DNA of 64,000 bases, from positions 26,970,001 through 27,034,000 of the forward strand of contig OZ024747.1 in NCBI GenBank assembly GCA_964016885.1, given 5' to 3'. Of this stretch, positions 1 to 16,529 are shown one piece after another. Positions within the stretch are counted from its first letter, which is position 1; every line of letters begins with the position of its first letter. Origin of the DNA: Eledone cirrhosa. Taxonomy: Eukaryota. The notes beneath the pieces were generated by a model. It was given only the letters and a program-made list of their open reading frames with translations, was not told where the DNA came from and ran no database searches. A program made the position numbers and the translations under genes.

Positions 1-594
1 GGGGTGAACAGATGGGTTTGTGGGTCGATCGTTCTTTTTAAGGCCCCATAAGTGAAGTGAGATTGCCCCAAGTAGTGATCGAAACACTGCCGCCACCGAC
101 TTAGCCAGTCGGAAATACATGGGGAAAGAACAACTGCAATACGACATGTGAGAGAAAGAGAGAGTGAGGGGTGGTGATGTTAATATAATAAAAATCTTGG
201 GGAGAATAACAAGAGGAAGATGAGTTATTATAACAAAACAAACATATATTATTGGTCGGCAGTAGACGTTTGCTTGAGAGAGTGAGAGTGAGGTGGAATG
301 TAAGGAAATACTTGTTCCAGAATCTACCATTCCATTCCAGGTAGTGAGGAATATTTCCACTGATGGTTGGGGAAAATATATCACTTGTAGCGAGTGGAGT
401 AGGAGGATGGATTGTTGTTGGGATGTGTGGGGTGGTGGTGTAACAAAGATTGAATCATCGTTTCAGACTTGTTTGTTCTTAATTCCTTGTCGGTCGGAAG
501 AAAAGAGAGGAAAGATGAAAAGAAGAAAAAATGAATAATGTCACACACAAACCACAAGCTGATCATTGGAAAGAGAAGTGTGGCGGCATTAGTA

Positions 595-800
595 AATATA
601 ACACCAGGCAAGAATCTCTACGTGGTTACACGGGCTGCTAAAAATAGCAGCCAAATATTATGTCATCAGGCAATGAGGGATCCCCAACATAGTCACACAA
701 ACTGCTAAAAATAACAGCCAAATATAACACCAGGTAACGAGGAAGACTCTACATGGTCATTCTAAGTGCTAAAAATAGTAGCCAACGTTAGAATCTTTTA
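595..800 (+). repeat. Three diverged ~64-bp tandem copies of a dispersed repeat segment (probable SINE/LINE tail)
   Basis: Motif tgctaaaaatagcagccaaatat near 636, 703 and 767; related tgctagaaatagaagtcaaat near 7750. Confidence 0.45.
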
Positions 801-1129
801 AAAAATCGACGGAATAGTCACGGCTGTCATGTCTTTGAGCATGTCTTGAGTTATTGAGTGACGCCTGAGCTCGAACTAAACAATCGAATGTATATCAAGT
901 TCCAGCACAAGAAGGAATGGTTCTTGTGTCGGTAGTAGATGTGTGGTCTACATTGCACCAATCGTTAGATATTTCGACCACAAGAGAGGAGACCATGTGA
1001 TGTTGTGGTATAAATTACTTTCCCATGAGTATTAAGGGACCAACATACGTAAGATGGAATTGTATCACCTAAGAATGATCAAAACTTCCCGTTTATCTAT
1101 TGTTAAATAATAATCACAGTTGCAACACA

Positions 1130-3524
<2,395 letters not shown>

Positions 3525-3525
<1 letters not shown>

Positions 3526-4004
3526 GATAAATTCCGACCTCACACACTTACACCTCTCCAAGACAATGTCACTGGACCGAGATCTTTGGCGCTACACAGT
3601 AATACAGAAGACCCGCCTTGCCTAAGTACAAAGCGAAACCTACAGTCAGTAGGCAACTCTTAACAAAAATACACCCCCGTCCCACTACTCCCACCCTGTC
3701 CACACCACCCCTTTCGATGTAAAGTTATGTTGGTACCACAACATCCAGTCCGAAATAAATGAGGTCGTGTATGTGTCACAACAAAAAAACACACAGTCCA
3801 CCCTGTAATGTGGTCGTGTAGGTAACATGGTAAAAACCTCCAGTCCACACTGTAAACGTGGTTGGTGTTAGGAAGGGCATCCAACCGTAGAAAACCCGCC
3901 AGACAGTCCTATACGAGCAAGACAACCACTCTTGCCTCAAGTGGGAAAATTCCCGTCCAAACCCATGCAAGCGTGGAAGATGGACGTTAAACGATGGTGA
4001 TGAT
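3525..4004 (+). mobile_element. RTE LINE 3' end (ORF C-terminus, 3'UTR, GAT tail)
   Basis: Translates [28 protein letters not shown], matching ADLTQLHLSKTMTHDRDFWRHAVIQSTR of the RTE at 21438-22796; ends aaacgatggtgatgat. Confidence 0.85.
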
Positions 4005-4319
4005 ATATATATACTTATGTATGTATATATATATATATACACTTATGTATATAAATATATACATAAGTATATATATATATATACACTTATGTATATAAAT
4101 ATATACATAAGTATATATATATATATATATATTGGTAAAAGGAAAAGAAAATGGTGACAAATTGTTCCCAGTGAAAAATAGTTTAATTAGGAATAAGTAA
4201 AAATTAGTAATAGTATTGGCTAGTATTCAGTTTTGGTTTTAAGTTTTACCGGTTGCGCATTTCTAATGCTTTTCAAAAATAATTTTGAGATAGAGCGCCT
4301 GTGATGTTTGCTCTAATCT

Positions 4320-4361
4320 GTGTATACATATATATATATATATATATACATACATGTGTGT

Positions 4362-4407
<46 letters not shown>

Positions 4408-4846
4408 GTGTATATATATATCTCTACATACATGTGTATATATATATATATACACATATGTATGTATATATATACACATATGTATGTATATATACACACA
4501 TATGTATGTATGTATATATATATACACATATGTATGTACATATATATACATACACACATGTATATATATATATACACATGTATATATATATATATACACA
4601 TGTATATATATATATACATATGTATATATATATATACATATGTATATATATATACATATACACATATGTATATATATATACACATGTATATATATATATA
4701 CACATGTATGTATATATATATACACATGTATATATATATATACATGTATCTATATACATGTATATATATATATATACATGTATGTATATACACATGTATG
4801 CATATATATATACACATGTATGCATATATATATATATATACACATG

Positions 4847-4877
<31 letters not shown>

Positions 4878-5437
4878 ATATATATATATATATATACACA
4901 CATGTATATATATATATACACACATGTATGTATATATATACACATATGTATGTATATATATACACATGTATATGTATGTATATATATACACATATGTATA
5001 TGTATGTATATATATACACATGTATATATATATATACATACACATATGTATGTATATATATACACATATGTATGTATATATATACACATATGTATGTATA
5101 TATATATACACATATGTATATGTATGTATATATATACACATGTATATGTATGTATATATATATATATATATATACATACACATATGTATGTATATATATA
5201 CACATGTATATGTATATATATACACATATGTATATATATATATATACACGTGTATGTATATATACACATATGTATATATATATATATATATACATATGTA
5301 TGTATATATATACATATATATATATATATATACATATGTATGTATATATATACACACATATGTATATATATATATATATATATACAGATATGTATATATA
5401 TATATATATACACATGTATATATATATATATATACAC

Positions 5438-5473
<36 letters not shown>

Positions 5474-5651
5474 GTATATATATATATACACATATGTATG
5501 TATATATATATACACACACATATGTATGTATATATATATATACACATATGTATATATATATATATTTATATATACACTAATATATATATATATACACATG
5601 TATATGTATGTATATATATATATACACCTGTATATATATATATATATACAC

Positions 5652-5693
<42 letters not shown>

Positions 5694-5913
5694 GTATATA
5701 TACACATATGTATGTATATATATATATACACGTATATATATATATACTTATGTATATAAATGAAAAGTATAGAAACATATATATATATATACTTATGTAT
5801 ATATATATGTATCTATGTGTGTGTATATATATATACTTATGTATATATATATATATGTATCTATGTGTGTGTATATTTATATACTTATGTATATATATAT
5901 ATATATGTATCCA

Positions 5914-5956
<43 letters not shown>

Positions 5957-5995
5957 ATATTTATATACTTATGTATATATATATATATGTATCTA

Positions 5996-6036
<41 letters not shown>

Positions 6037-6057
6037 TTATATATATATATGTATCTA

Positions 6058-6100
<43 letters not shown>

Positions 6101-6350
6101 TTATATATGTATCTATGTGTGTATATATATATATCTTTATATATATATGTATCTATGTGTGTATATATATCTTTATATATCTTTATATATATATATATAT
6201 GTATCTATGTGTGTGTGTGTATATATATGTATCTATGTGTCTGTATATATATATATATATCTTGATATATATATATATATATATATGTATCTATGTGTGT
6301 GTGTATATATACAATATACATATACATGTATACACACACACACATACTCA

Positions 6351-6393
<43 letters not shown>

Positions 6394-6395
6394 GT
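4320..6395. repeat. Compound (TA)n/(CA)/(TG) microsatellite field
   Basis: Direct reading. Confidence 0.95.
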
Positions 6396-6759
6396 GTACT
6401 TGTTTCTATGTATGTATGTGAACCGTTTGTCGAAACAATTGAAGGAAACGTATATAACAGCCATGTATTAATTCAGCAGAGCGATGGAGTGTGATGATGT
6501 GGTGGTGTTTATCCCTCTTCCCAATCACTATAACGATGTGAAAATACCTGCTACAGCATCATTTCTTCAACAAGTCAGTCTGATTATTGGTTGGCATATC
6601 GTTGTTCGTTTTAGTGTTATTACAATGCGATAGTGGAGGGGGACAGGCACTTTTATCCTCACAGCAATGCGACATTCGATATATATATATTTACATGTAT
6701 CCAACAGATTGGAAGGAAACCTAACAGCGGTGGTGGTGGTCACTCTAGGCAAGAGTTGG

Positions 6760-7306
6760 TGCTAATCCTTCGTTTTAAGATTACAGATAACACCCGGTAA
6801 TTTCCGTGAGTGAAAATTATAATTTCAAAAAGTTTCATAAACATAACCGTAATCTACACGATTGGAAATGTATCTCTGCAAAATATACATTATGAATCAA
6901 TTTATGAGGTCACAAAGTCAGGTAGACAGGCGCGGATTAAGCTTGTACGGGCCCTTCTGTGTTATTTATGGTAGCAAAAAATAAATAAATAATTATAATC
7001 ATCTGAAGCCTTTTAGATATTTGGGGACACTGGCTATAGTCTAGTTATATCTATTCGGTAATCTGTCAGGTGTGGACACTAAACTATACTTTACATACAT
7101 ACAATACGATGACGACGATATGACTAGAGTTTAGTGTCCCCACCTGACTTTGTTTCCTCATAACTTTCTTATTAATGCATATTTTGCAGAAATACATCCC
7201 TGAAGGTATAGATTACAATTTATGTTTGTGAAATTTAAAAAAAAAATCATTTTCCCTCACTGAAATTACCGGGTGATGTTTGTAGTCTTGAAATGAAAAA
7301 TTACCA
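6760..7306. mobile_element. Foldback/MITE-like element with ~160-bp imperfect inverted arms and an internal insertion
   Basis: cacccggtaatttccgtgag (~6791) vs ctcactgaaattaccgggtg (~7256); tctgcaaaatatacatt vs aatgcatattttgcaga; caaagtcaggt vs acctgactttg. Confidence 0.8.
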
Positions 7307-7484
7307 AGTCATCGTCATTAGGGTAAGAAGCTAAATATGAAGGAGCATGTTAGGTTATGCATTTGTTATGATAGAGAAAAGAAAGTTAACGAATTCATAC
7401 GGAAGAGATATACTGACGGAACGTTTTTTACTTTCACTATCACCATATTACGTACGAATCTCAAGGAAGATAGAAACTGGCTTT

Positions 7485-7690
7485 ATTAATGGCTTCTAAA
7501 TTAGGCCCATGGTGGCAGATTTGAGGCGTAGAGTAGGGGATAATCGATTAAATCGATCCTCAGTACTTGACTGGTACTTTATTTGAACAATTCCGGAAGG
7601 AAGAAAGGCAAAGTTGACCTCGGTCGAATTTCAATTCAGAATGTAGAGCCGTAAATATATACCGCAAAGCATTTTGTTCGTCGGTCTAAA
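7485..7690 (-). mobile_element. tRNA-derived SINE, degenerate
   Basis: Reverse-complement match to the 8333 SINE core (ctggtactttattt...gaaaggcaaagttgacctcgg). Confidence 0.65.
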
Positions 7691-7989
7691 AATGCTTTTA
7701 ATAACACCTGAACTCAGTTCGAAGGAGGCCTCTACGTAGTCATTGGTCCTGCTAGAAATAGAAGTCAAATTTCCTTCAAATCATAACCTACTGTCTTAAA
7801 AATGAAAACATCAACACGTTGAAGATGTGTAAGAAAAAAGACAGGGTGGTCATGGTTAGAACGTTTTTAATGACTTGTTTAGTCATGGTTAGCACCCAAA
7901 GGAACAATTAACTCCTTTCTAAACCAGTTACACACACATATATATTTCACCATCACTGTTTAACATCTATTTTCCAATGAGGTAGTGCT

Positions 7990-8255
7990 AGTGCCATGAT
8001 AAAAAGCACCCTGTCCACCCTATAAGGTGGTAGTGTTGATGCCATAACAAAAAAGCACCCAGTCCACCTTGTAAGGTGGTCACACTGGTGCCACAGTATA
8101 AAAGGATCCAGCCCACCTTGTAAAATAGTAGTATTGGTGCCATGAAAAAAGCTCCCAGTCCATATTGTAAAGTGGTTGGTATTAGGAATGGCATCCAGCT
8201 ATAGAATAACATGACAGCCTGTCTAACCCATGCAAGCACGGAAATATGTACATAG
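7990..8255 (+). mobile_element. RTE 3'UTR fragment with internal subrepeats
   Basis: Repeated aaaaagcacccagtccac..tgtaa units, then ggcatccagct and gtctaacccatgcaagcacggaa, as in the other RTE tails. Confidence 0.7.
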
Positions 8256-8332
8256 ACATACACTTATGGAAACATCCTCCTCCGAAGACACCTAGTGACT
8301 CCCTGACAACTGCTCCAATGTCATTATTATGG

Positions 8333-8520
8333 GGGATTGGCAGTATTGGTAGAGGGTCGGACGCCATGCTTTGGCGTATAGAGTTACGGTCCTTGCCATT
8401 CTGAGTTCAAATCCCGCTGAGGTTAACTTTGCCTTTCATCCTTACAGGGTCAATAAAATAAAGTACCAGTAATATACTGGGTAATTGCTGGCCTTGTGCC
8501 AAACGTAGAAACAATTATTA
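8333..8520 (+). mobile_element. tRNA-derived SINE (central domain resembling MetaSINE-type elements)
   Basis: B-box gagttcaaatccc, core gcctttcatccttacaggggtcaataaaataaagtaccag, (att)n tail; close copies at 51146 (+) and 53972 (-). Confidence 0.85.
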
Positions 8521-8959
8521 TGGGGCAATTCTCAGTCCTTACCACACTGGTCAAGCTGCCTGTCTGTCAGTGGTTTACACTGACCTGTGGTAGATTTCCT
8601 TATTGGGTATCTGAATTTTTCAACCAGCTCAAATACCTAGCTGTTGGCTGAAATTCCTGCACGGTCATCAAACCTCACAGCTATTATCTTGATCTTGTTA
8701 GTGTTTAGGTGCTGACTGGCCATTTCACTTGTGTGTTATCCAGAACAACAGATCCTCACTCTTCTCATCACTTATTGTCTGCGGGACAATACCATCAGCA
8801 TATTGTAGGCTACTGATCCATTCACCATATTCTAGGCTATTAATCCATTCACCATTAATTGCTGTTTTGATAACTTACCTTTCTAGGGTTATTCTCATTA
8901 TCATTTCTCCATTATACTATGTTGGCAATAGGCTGCAACTTTGCCTTTCTTTGTATCAG

Positions 8960-9740
8960 ATCTGTCACAGTTATTGTTTTGTGTATGGAATGTAGCCTGC
9001 TATTTTGCAAATAGAACATGATACAAATTGATCAGATGGTCAGAGAAATCCATATTTTGAATAGTGTTCTACATTTTAATATGGTTTGACACTGTTGATT
9101 GGAATGTGATCGGAAATTCCTCTGAAGGTTCTATTGCAGCATGAGAGCCAATGGTGATTAGAGGTCTGAGATTTTTTTTTAAATTGAAATAAAAGCCATA
9201 AATTATGTCCCAGACATTGAAGCAAATTCAGATAAAATTTAAAGCCAAAAATCACATTGAGTTAGAAAAAAATTAGCTAAATTCCTGTTTGTTTGTTTTT
9301 TGATTATGTGACTCCAATAATCTTAGTATTTTTTTAAAATAAAAAATGGCTCTTCATATTGAACAGTGACTAGAAAATCTAGTCACCTTCAGGTGACCAA
9401 TACATGTTCAGGAATCAAACACCTTGTAGTATCACAAAACAAACCTAAGAAATACTAAAAGCTTCAGGCAGTTGAGTGCTTGGATTTGAGTTGCAGAATT
9501 CTTGATGTCAAAGCACCAAAAGGTAGATGAATTAAATCTGGAATTTAAAACAATAGAAACAACATATGTAGCAGTAGATGTCCAGGGAAATAACATCACT
9601 GTACCTATAGGAGCTTTCAACCAAAACATTGAAAATGTCTGGGTACAGGGTAGCCTTCCTCCAACTATGGATCAGATAATATCTCAGCAACTGTGTTGAT
9701 CTTGTCATCTAGGTTAAATGGGTTATGTCTCCTAATATGT
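8960..9740 (+). pseudogene. Possible highly decayed Merlin/ISXO2-like DDE transposase remnant
   Basis: PIGAFNQNIENVW resembles the Merlin P.TGAHTQ.IE..W motif; only scattered other similarity. Confidence 0.3.
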
Positions 9741-10432
9741 ACATGTACTGGTGATGGTGACAGCATTCAGGATGATTCCAAGATAAATACAATGGATCTG
9801 AATTAGCCAACAAGATGTTTTGTAAAACATAGGTGAAATATAGGTAACAGAATACCTCCTTTGTGTTCTCACATTTACTGATACCCTTCATGCCAGATGG
9901 TGCACAATATACACAAATATAAAGCCCTCAAAACGTCCTTCACTTCAAAGTATAGGTTCGATCAGATATAGCAACTGGCTGGATAATAGTTCATAAAAAT
10001 CTCATCCAACCTCTTCCACATACATATCTGTAAACAGTAACACACACATAACGGTAGTCATATACATACATCTATACTCAAATATACACATGTAAACACA
10101 TAGTTGTAGACATATACGTACATATGTACTCATATATATACATGTACACACAAGCACACACACATATCTGTAAACACACACACACTCATAACTGTAAACA
10201 CTCAGGCACAGACACATAACTGTAAATAGACATACACTCACATACATACAAAGATACGGGCACATCAGTTTGCAAGTGTATATGCAATCAGGGAAGTAAA
10301 CAAGTTAATACAAACACAACTAAGTATATATATATGTCTGTGTGTGTGTGGATATACACCACACATTTCAATACATGTGTGTATATACATTAAACACCTT
10401 AATAAGTATCTGTACACACTCTTCAATATGTA

Positions 10433-10574
10433 TATCCAGCTATAGAAATCAAGCCAGAATCAGTTTCTGTATGAGCAAGGCATGGTCAGCCGACCGGCTA
10501 CTGCCCACAACGGGTAAACCCGTCTAACCCATGCTAGCATGGAAGAATGGACGTAAAACGGTGATGATGATGAT
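10433..10574 (+). mobile_element. RTE 3'UTR terminal fragment
   Basis: Near-identical to 20135-20283; ends gtaaaacggtgatgatgatgat. Confidence 0.85.
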
Positions 10575-10858
10575 GGAATATGAAGTGTGTCGAGATAGTA
10601 CTGATAATTGTGAGAGAATTGGGAAGTGACAAAAGATATTGAAAGACACTTAAAGAAATTTGGCATTATATGTCCAGTTGAACTATTGCAAAAAAAGATG
10701 CCATCTTGAAACAGCTGAGATAATCAAAAAAATATTTGACAGCTGAATGTTATATATATATATCACATATTTCAAAATGTAAATATGTGAGTATATATGC
10801 TGCACACTTCAATAAGCATATGTGTGCACATTTCAATATATATAAATATATATATATA

Positions 10859-11156
10859 CAGTGGCGGACTGGCCAGGTTGCCAGGTTGCCCAATGGCAAG
10901 TGGGCCCCAGGGTGCCCATGGTAACATTACAGGAGCCCACTGTAGTATTTTAGGGACCAATGCTTTGCTTTCAAAAAATAACTTTAAAAAAAAGTCTTTG
11001 AGGAAGAATAAAAATGTTTTAAAAATTTAAGCAAATAAGCAAAGTATTTGGTCAAACAATTCCCTAGGGAATTAATAGAAACCAAAATATATGATAGTGC
11101 TAACAGTTGGAATCTCTGGTTGTATAAATTTATAGCTTACTGTATTCATTCATGCA

Positions 11157-11205
<49 letters not shown>

Positions 11206-11788
11206 TTACACATACACATGATGAGCTGCTGGCCAAATAATGTTTGATATCAATGAATTAAAGATATGTAAAATCAATTAGTGGTCAGTTCTTCAGTCTA
11301 AAGTTGAAAACATGTATGTATAGATATATATATAAATCTATATATACCCATGTACATGTAGACACATACACACACTCCCATATATTGAGTGAGTGTGAAA
11401 GACCAAAGGTCAATATTGAAAGTCTCTGGGATGTGTATATTTCGAAAGGTACTTTATATTTTTTATTGGAGAAGGTAAGGCCAGTCACTTCCACACTCTA
11501 CTCTAAATAACAGTATACTATACATTCACAATTATTTAAAAATTCAATTATAACATTCTGTATCAACATTTGGTATTACTGTATACTACCAGTAATATGT
11601 ACAGTATATATACACTATAATACTATAATTAGTAAAAAATACACATTTTTTCCCGCAAAAATTTGATTGCACTTATGTATTTTTTGAAAATGTTATTTAT
11701 TCATTATAAAAATTAAATGATAACATTCTATATTTGGGTGTGCCCCCTTTATCTCCTGGCAACCAATATTTTTAGACCCAGTCCGCCA

Positions 11789-11791
<3 letters not shown>
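10859..11791. mobile_element. Non-autonomous hAT-like DNA transposon
   Basis: Perfect 14-bp TIRs CAGTGGCGGACTGG / CCAGTCCGCCACTG, flanked on both sides by tatatata (compatible with an 8-bp TSD). Confidence 0.8.
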
Positions 11792-11827
<36 letters not shown>

Positions 11828-12114
11828 AACTTCAATATATAGATATAGGCACACTTATGTATGTGTGTGTATGTGCACACTTCACTATGTGTAAGTGTGT
11901 GCATACATAAGTATGAATGTGTATGTGAGCATGTGTGTATACACTTAAGAATGTGAATGTGGGTGTATACACACTTAAGTATGTGAGTGTGTGTGTATGC
12001 ATACTTAAGTATGTGAGTGTGTCTTCTTAACATTTCTATTGTTATTTCCTTTATAACTAGCGTTTCTTAATGAAATTAAATAAAGTGAAGTATTAAGCCT
12101 TTCGATACCAACTC

Positions 12115-12492
12115 ACAGATAACTACTGCCTATAGTTTTATGATACCAACTTATCTGAGACTATCACTTGAGATTACTGCCTATAGTTCTATAGTACTGA
12201 CTTACACGAGACTACTGCCTATAGTTCTATAATACTAATTTACTTGAGACTACTACTTATAGTTCTATAATACTAATTTACCTGAGACTACTACCTATAG
12301 TTCTATAATACTAATTTACCTGAGTCTGCTTTTAGTTCTATAATACTAATTTACCTGAGTCTGCCTATAGTTCTAAAATACTAACTTACCTGAGACTACT
12401 GCCTATAGTTCTATATCACTGGCTTACATAAGACTGCCTATAGTTCTTTATTGCCGTCTTACCTGAGACTACCTAGTGCCTGATAGTTCTAT
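12115..12492. repeat. ~38-bp minisatellite, about 10 diverged copies
   Basis: Unit gagactactgcctatagttctataatactaatttacct. Confidence 0.9.
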
Positions 12493-12914
12493 AAACCAGA
12501 AAGAGAGAGAGAGAGAGAATGTGTGTGTGTGAAAGCGTGAGTGTTTGTGTGAGTATGTGAAAGAAAGAGAGAGGGTGAGAGTGTGTGTATGTGTGAAAAT
12601 GAGAATGTGAAATGTGTGAGTGTGTTTGTGAGATAGAATATGAGATAGGATGTGTTTGTATGAGAGAGGGTGGGAGGGTGCATGTGTGTGTGTATATGTG
12701 AGAGGTAGAAAAGAAAGCCAGAGAAGGAAATAGTGTGAATGAGAGAGAGAGGAGAGCAAAAGTGAGAGTATTTATGAGACTGAGGGGGTTAGCGTCTGTT
12801 TGTGTGGTAAGGAAGACAGTATTGATAGAAATGAAAGTTGTGACGTCAGAGGTTTACCATTGAAAATAATTAGTGAGTCAGTTGTTCATCAGTCACTGGA
12901 GGGGGGAGGAGTTC

Positions 12915-12975
<61 letters not shown>

Positions 12976-13182
12976 TACACCTACAATTAACATACATGCA
13001 TGTATTTATATGCATATGCACTATGTACATATATATATACACACTATGTATGCATGTATATATATATATATACACACACTATGTATGTATGTATATATAT
13101 ATATATTTAACATGCACACAACAAACAACACAATACACCCACATGCACACACACACACACACTTATAGATCTATATGTAACC

Positions 13183-13540
13183 ATCATCATCACCACAGTT
13201 TTATGTCTATTTTCCATGTTTGCATGGATTAGACAGATTGTCATGTCCCTGTTCTGAAACTAGACTAGTCAGATGACTGCATTTTACTAATATATTCCCT
13301 TTTGCATAGTGTCTACAGCTGGATGCCCATCTTAAAGCCAACCACTTCACTGTATTGTATTTATCATGACACCGTCACTTCCACTTTACAGAATGCACTA
13401 GGTGTGTTTTATTGTGGCACTAGTACTAGAGAAGTTATGTCTTCGACAAAACTAAAGAGTTGTCTTGACTCTTTGTTTTGTAAGATTTCTAGGGTGGGAT
13501 GCCCTTCCTATCATCAACTCATCAACAGAGTAAACTAAGT
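13183..13540 (-). mobile_element. Degenerate RTE 3'UTR
   Basis: catcatcat tail, ttttccatgtttgcatggattagac, ctacagctggatgccc. Confidence 0.6.
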
Positions 13541-13656
13541 GCATTTTATCATGTCACCAATACTAGAGAGGTTGTCGTGCTCTTAACACAATTGAAAAAA
13601 TCCTCCCAACACATTATATATATGTAGGTAAGTATGTATATATATATATATATATA

Positions 13657-13754
13657 CAAGGTGTCCCAAAAAGTGTACACTCTTCGATTACCTGTACAGA
13701 CAATATTTATTAGAATGCTGTTGAAGTGTGTATACATTTTTGGGGGACATCCTG
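13657..13754. mobile_element. Tc1/mariner-type MITE (~98 bp)
   Basis: TA-caaggtgtcccaaaaagtgtacac ... gtgtatacattttttgggggacatcctg-TA; inverted ends with TA on both sides. Confidence 0.75.
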
Positions 13755-13844
13755 TATCCTCATCCTTTAACATCTGAAATATACGCACGCACACACACAC
13801 ATATATATACACACATATATACATATGTGTATATATATATATAT

Positions 13845-14337
13845 ATGAAATATTATATTCTTATGACAGGGTTATATATATTTCAACGACATGGTTATGC
13901 AATGGTTATATCATTACCAGTTTCCATGTGACATCATCAGATGCTGATACAATTAGGCAGTGTTGTTATGCAAGTATGCAGATATGCCACTGGTAATGTA
14001 TTACGATCTTGGTGTGATGCGAGCGAACATATAAGATATTGAATCTCGTTTTTTTACTAATGTCTAGTGGCAGATGTATCTGTCTTTTGATTGGAGCCTA
14101 CAAATTCCACCAATCAAAAGTGAGATACATTTGCTCGCATCACAACAAGATGGTAATATGTTACCGGTGGCATATCTGCATACTTGCATAACAATACTTA
14201 ATAATTTTTATGAGCATCTGATGATGTCACATGGAGACTGTCACTGATATAACAATTGCATAATCAAGTCATTGAAATATATATTATGCAATAAAACAAT
14301 TATGTAAAAGTAATCCTGTGTTAAGAACATTTCATAA
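13845..14337. mobile_element. Palindromic foldback element/MITE with ~190-bp arms
   Basis: ccatgtgacatcatcagatgct / agcatctgatgatgtcacatgg; ttatgcaagtatgcagatatgccac / gtggcatatctgcatacttgcataa; gtgatgcgagcgaa / tttgctcgcatcac. Confidence 0.85.
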
Positions 14338-14656
14338 ATGGAAACTCCATCACACCTAAACACCAGAATTTCGCTGGGAATACACTACAAGAATTTGGAG
14401 GGATTTAACTAACTTTCTCATTATTAAGTTGGGTATTTGAAGGATACCTTAACAAAGGTTCCTACATAAAATTACAATGAAAGGTTTTTAGATAAATATA
14501 AACAGTTAGTATCATAGAATCTGGGGTTGTTTCAGGTAATTTGGTATCAAAAGAGTTACCCATTTGAGGGGACAGTGTATACCTGACTGATCATAAGCTG
14601 TCTCAACAAAATCCACATTCAGAAATGACAACATCATAATCTTTTTCAAGAAAACC

Positions 14657-14890
14657 ATCATCATCATCATCATCATGATTTTATGTCCACTTTCCATGCT
14701 GGTATGAGTTGGGCAGGTTGCTATGGTCCAAGTCAGTTTTTATTCATATTTACACACCTGCCAAGACTTGTCGGAAGGATCTTCTCTTACTCTATGTTCT
14801 AGCTTTGGCATGATTTCTATGGTTGGAAGCTCTTCACAACAACTACCCCTTTACAAAGTATACGGGATGCATTTCAGCATGGCACGAACA
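14657..14890 (-). mobile_element. Degenerate RTE 3'UTR
   Basis: (cat)n tail followed by ttttatgtccactttccatgctgg. Confidence 0.55.
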
Positions 14891-15316
14891 CTAGAATGAT
14901 TGATTACCATGCCCCTTTTCAAAAGTGTCCTCACTTTTTAAAAATACTTGCATCGAAAATACATTCCAACAACTAGAAGATAAGAAAATGAATCTTCATC
15001 ACAGTGTACTAAAAACAAAACTCAACTACAATCAAACTATTTATTCCATCTCTACACCTAAGCATTAGATCTCTATTGTTGACTAAATAATACCTCACAC
15101 TATTACTCCAGCAAACCCCTCTTACTTTCATGGGATTTCTTATTTTTTCCTTGATTGACTGTCTGTCTCTCAGCATGTCTGCCTGTCTGACCGTATATTT
15201 AACTAACTGCCTGTTTTACTATCTACCTATCATTCCATTCATCAATATATACTACATAAACTGAATGAATATATTGTTGTGTATAGATAAGAACTCCCAC
15301 AACAATTAAGTTATAT

Positions 15317-15865
15317 TACCACCAACACTCCCCCTCCACCATCACCACCAACACTCCCGACACCAACATCCCCGACACCACCACCACTGCATCCACAACC
15401 ACTACTATCCCACCACAACCACTAACACCACCACTACCACTGCCACCAAGACGACCACCACACTACACCCCCAACACTATCAACACCACCATCATCTCCA
15501 TCACCACCACCACCATCACTACTGCCACTGCCACCACCACCACTACTATCACTTCCAAGACTACCACACTACACCACAACCTCACCACAGCCCCAACACC
15601 ACCAACATCATCTCCACCTCCACCCCACCCCCACCCCACCACAACCACAACCACTAACACCACTACTACCACTGCCATCAAGACCACTACAACCTCACTA
15701 CACCTCCAACACTACCAACACTACCAACACCACCAACATCATCTTCACCACCACCACTACTATCACTGCCACCAAGACCATTACACTACACCTCCCACAC
15801 TACCAACACCACCAACACCACCAACATCATCTCCACCACCACCACCACCACCACCACCACCACCT
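15317..15865. repeat. Degenerate (CAC/ACC)n trinucleotide field
   Basis: Direct reading. Confidence 0.9.
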
Positions 15866-16029
15866 TACACTACTGCAATATATTGGTAGGTAGGTAGATG
15901 TTTAAATTCTTAGACAGTATTTGGAGGGGTAAAAGTGATATGTCTTCTGTTGCTGTGTGGGAGTTTACTGGGACAGACTCATACTTTCACTTTTCATCAC
16001 TATCTATCTATCTATCTATCTATTTTTTA

Positions 16030-16093
16030 TTGTATGTAAACTTCCCCCTTTGTATTTGTCCCCTTCTTTTGTGCCCCTGTGGCTAATAAAGAA

Positions 16094-16152
<59 letters not shown>

Positions 16153-16335
16153 AATAAACCAATAAACTATCTATTAAAAAATTAACAATTGCGAATTTTG
16201 ATTGTTAATTTTTTAATATATAGTTTATTGTTATTCATTAATGTTTACACAAATTTTATGTAAAACCCTCGCTGTGACGTCTTGTAATGTCCCTTGTACG
16301 CCCTTGTGGCAAATAAAGAAAGATATCTATCTATC
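16030..16335 (+). mobile_element. Two short LINE (Tx1-like) 3' tails ending in (ATCT)n
   Basis: cccctgtggctaataaagaaatctatctatc and cccttgtggcaaataaagaaagatatctatc; same terminal motif near 49480, 50315 and 53578. Confidence 0.6.
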
Positions 16336-16458
16336 TGTCTGCCTGTCTCTCTCTCTCTGCGATGAAATACCAATGATGGTTGGCAAATCACTGACGAGGG
16401 ACTAATTTTATAATATGTAACCCATGTGCAACCACGCAGTATTCCTCTTTCTTCTCAT

Positions 16459-16529
<71 letters not shown>

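Noticed and set aside
16385-16445. ctgacgag followed by a ggg/ccc stem
   Set aside because: No GAAA core after the stem. Similarly degenerate look-alikes near 55-120 and 7410-7470 were not called.
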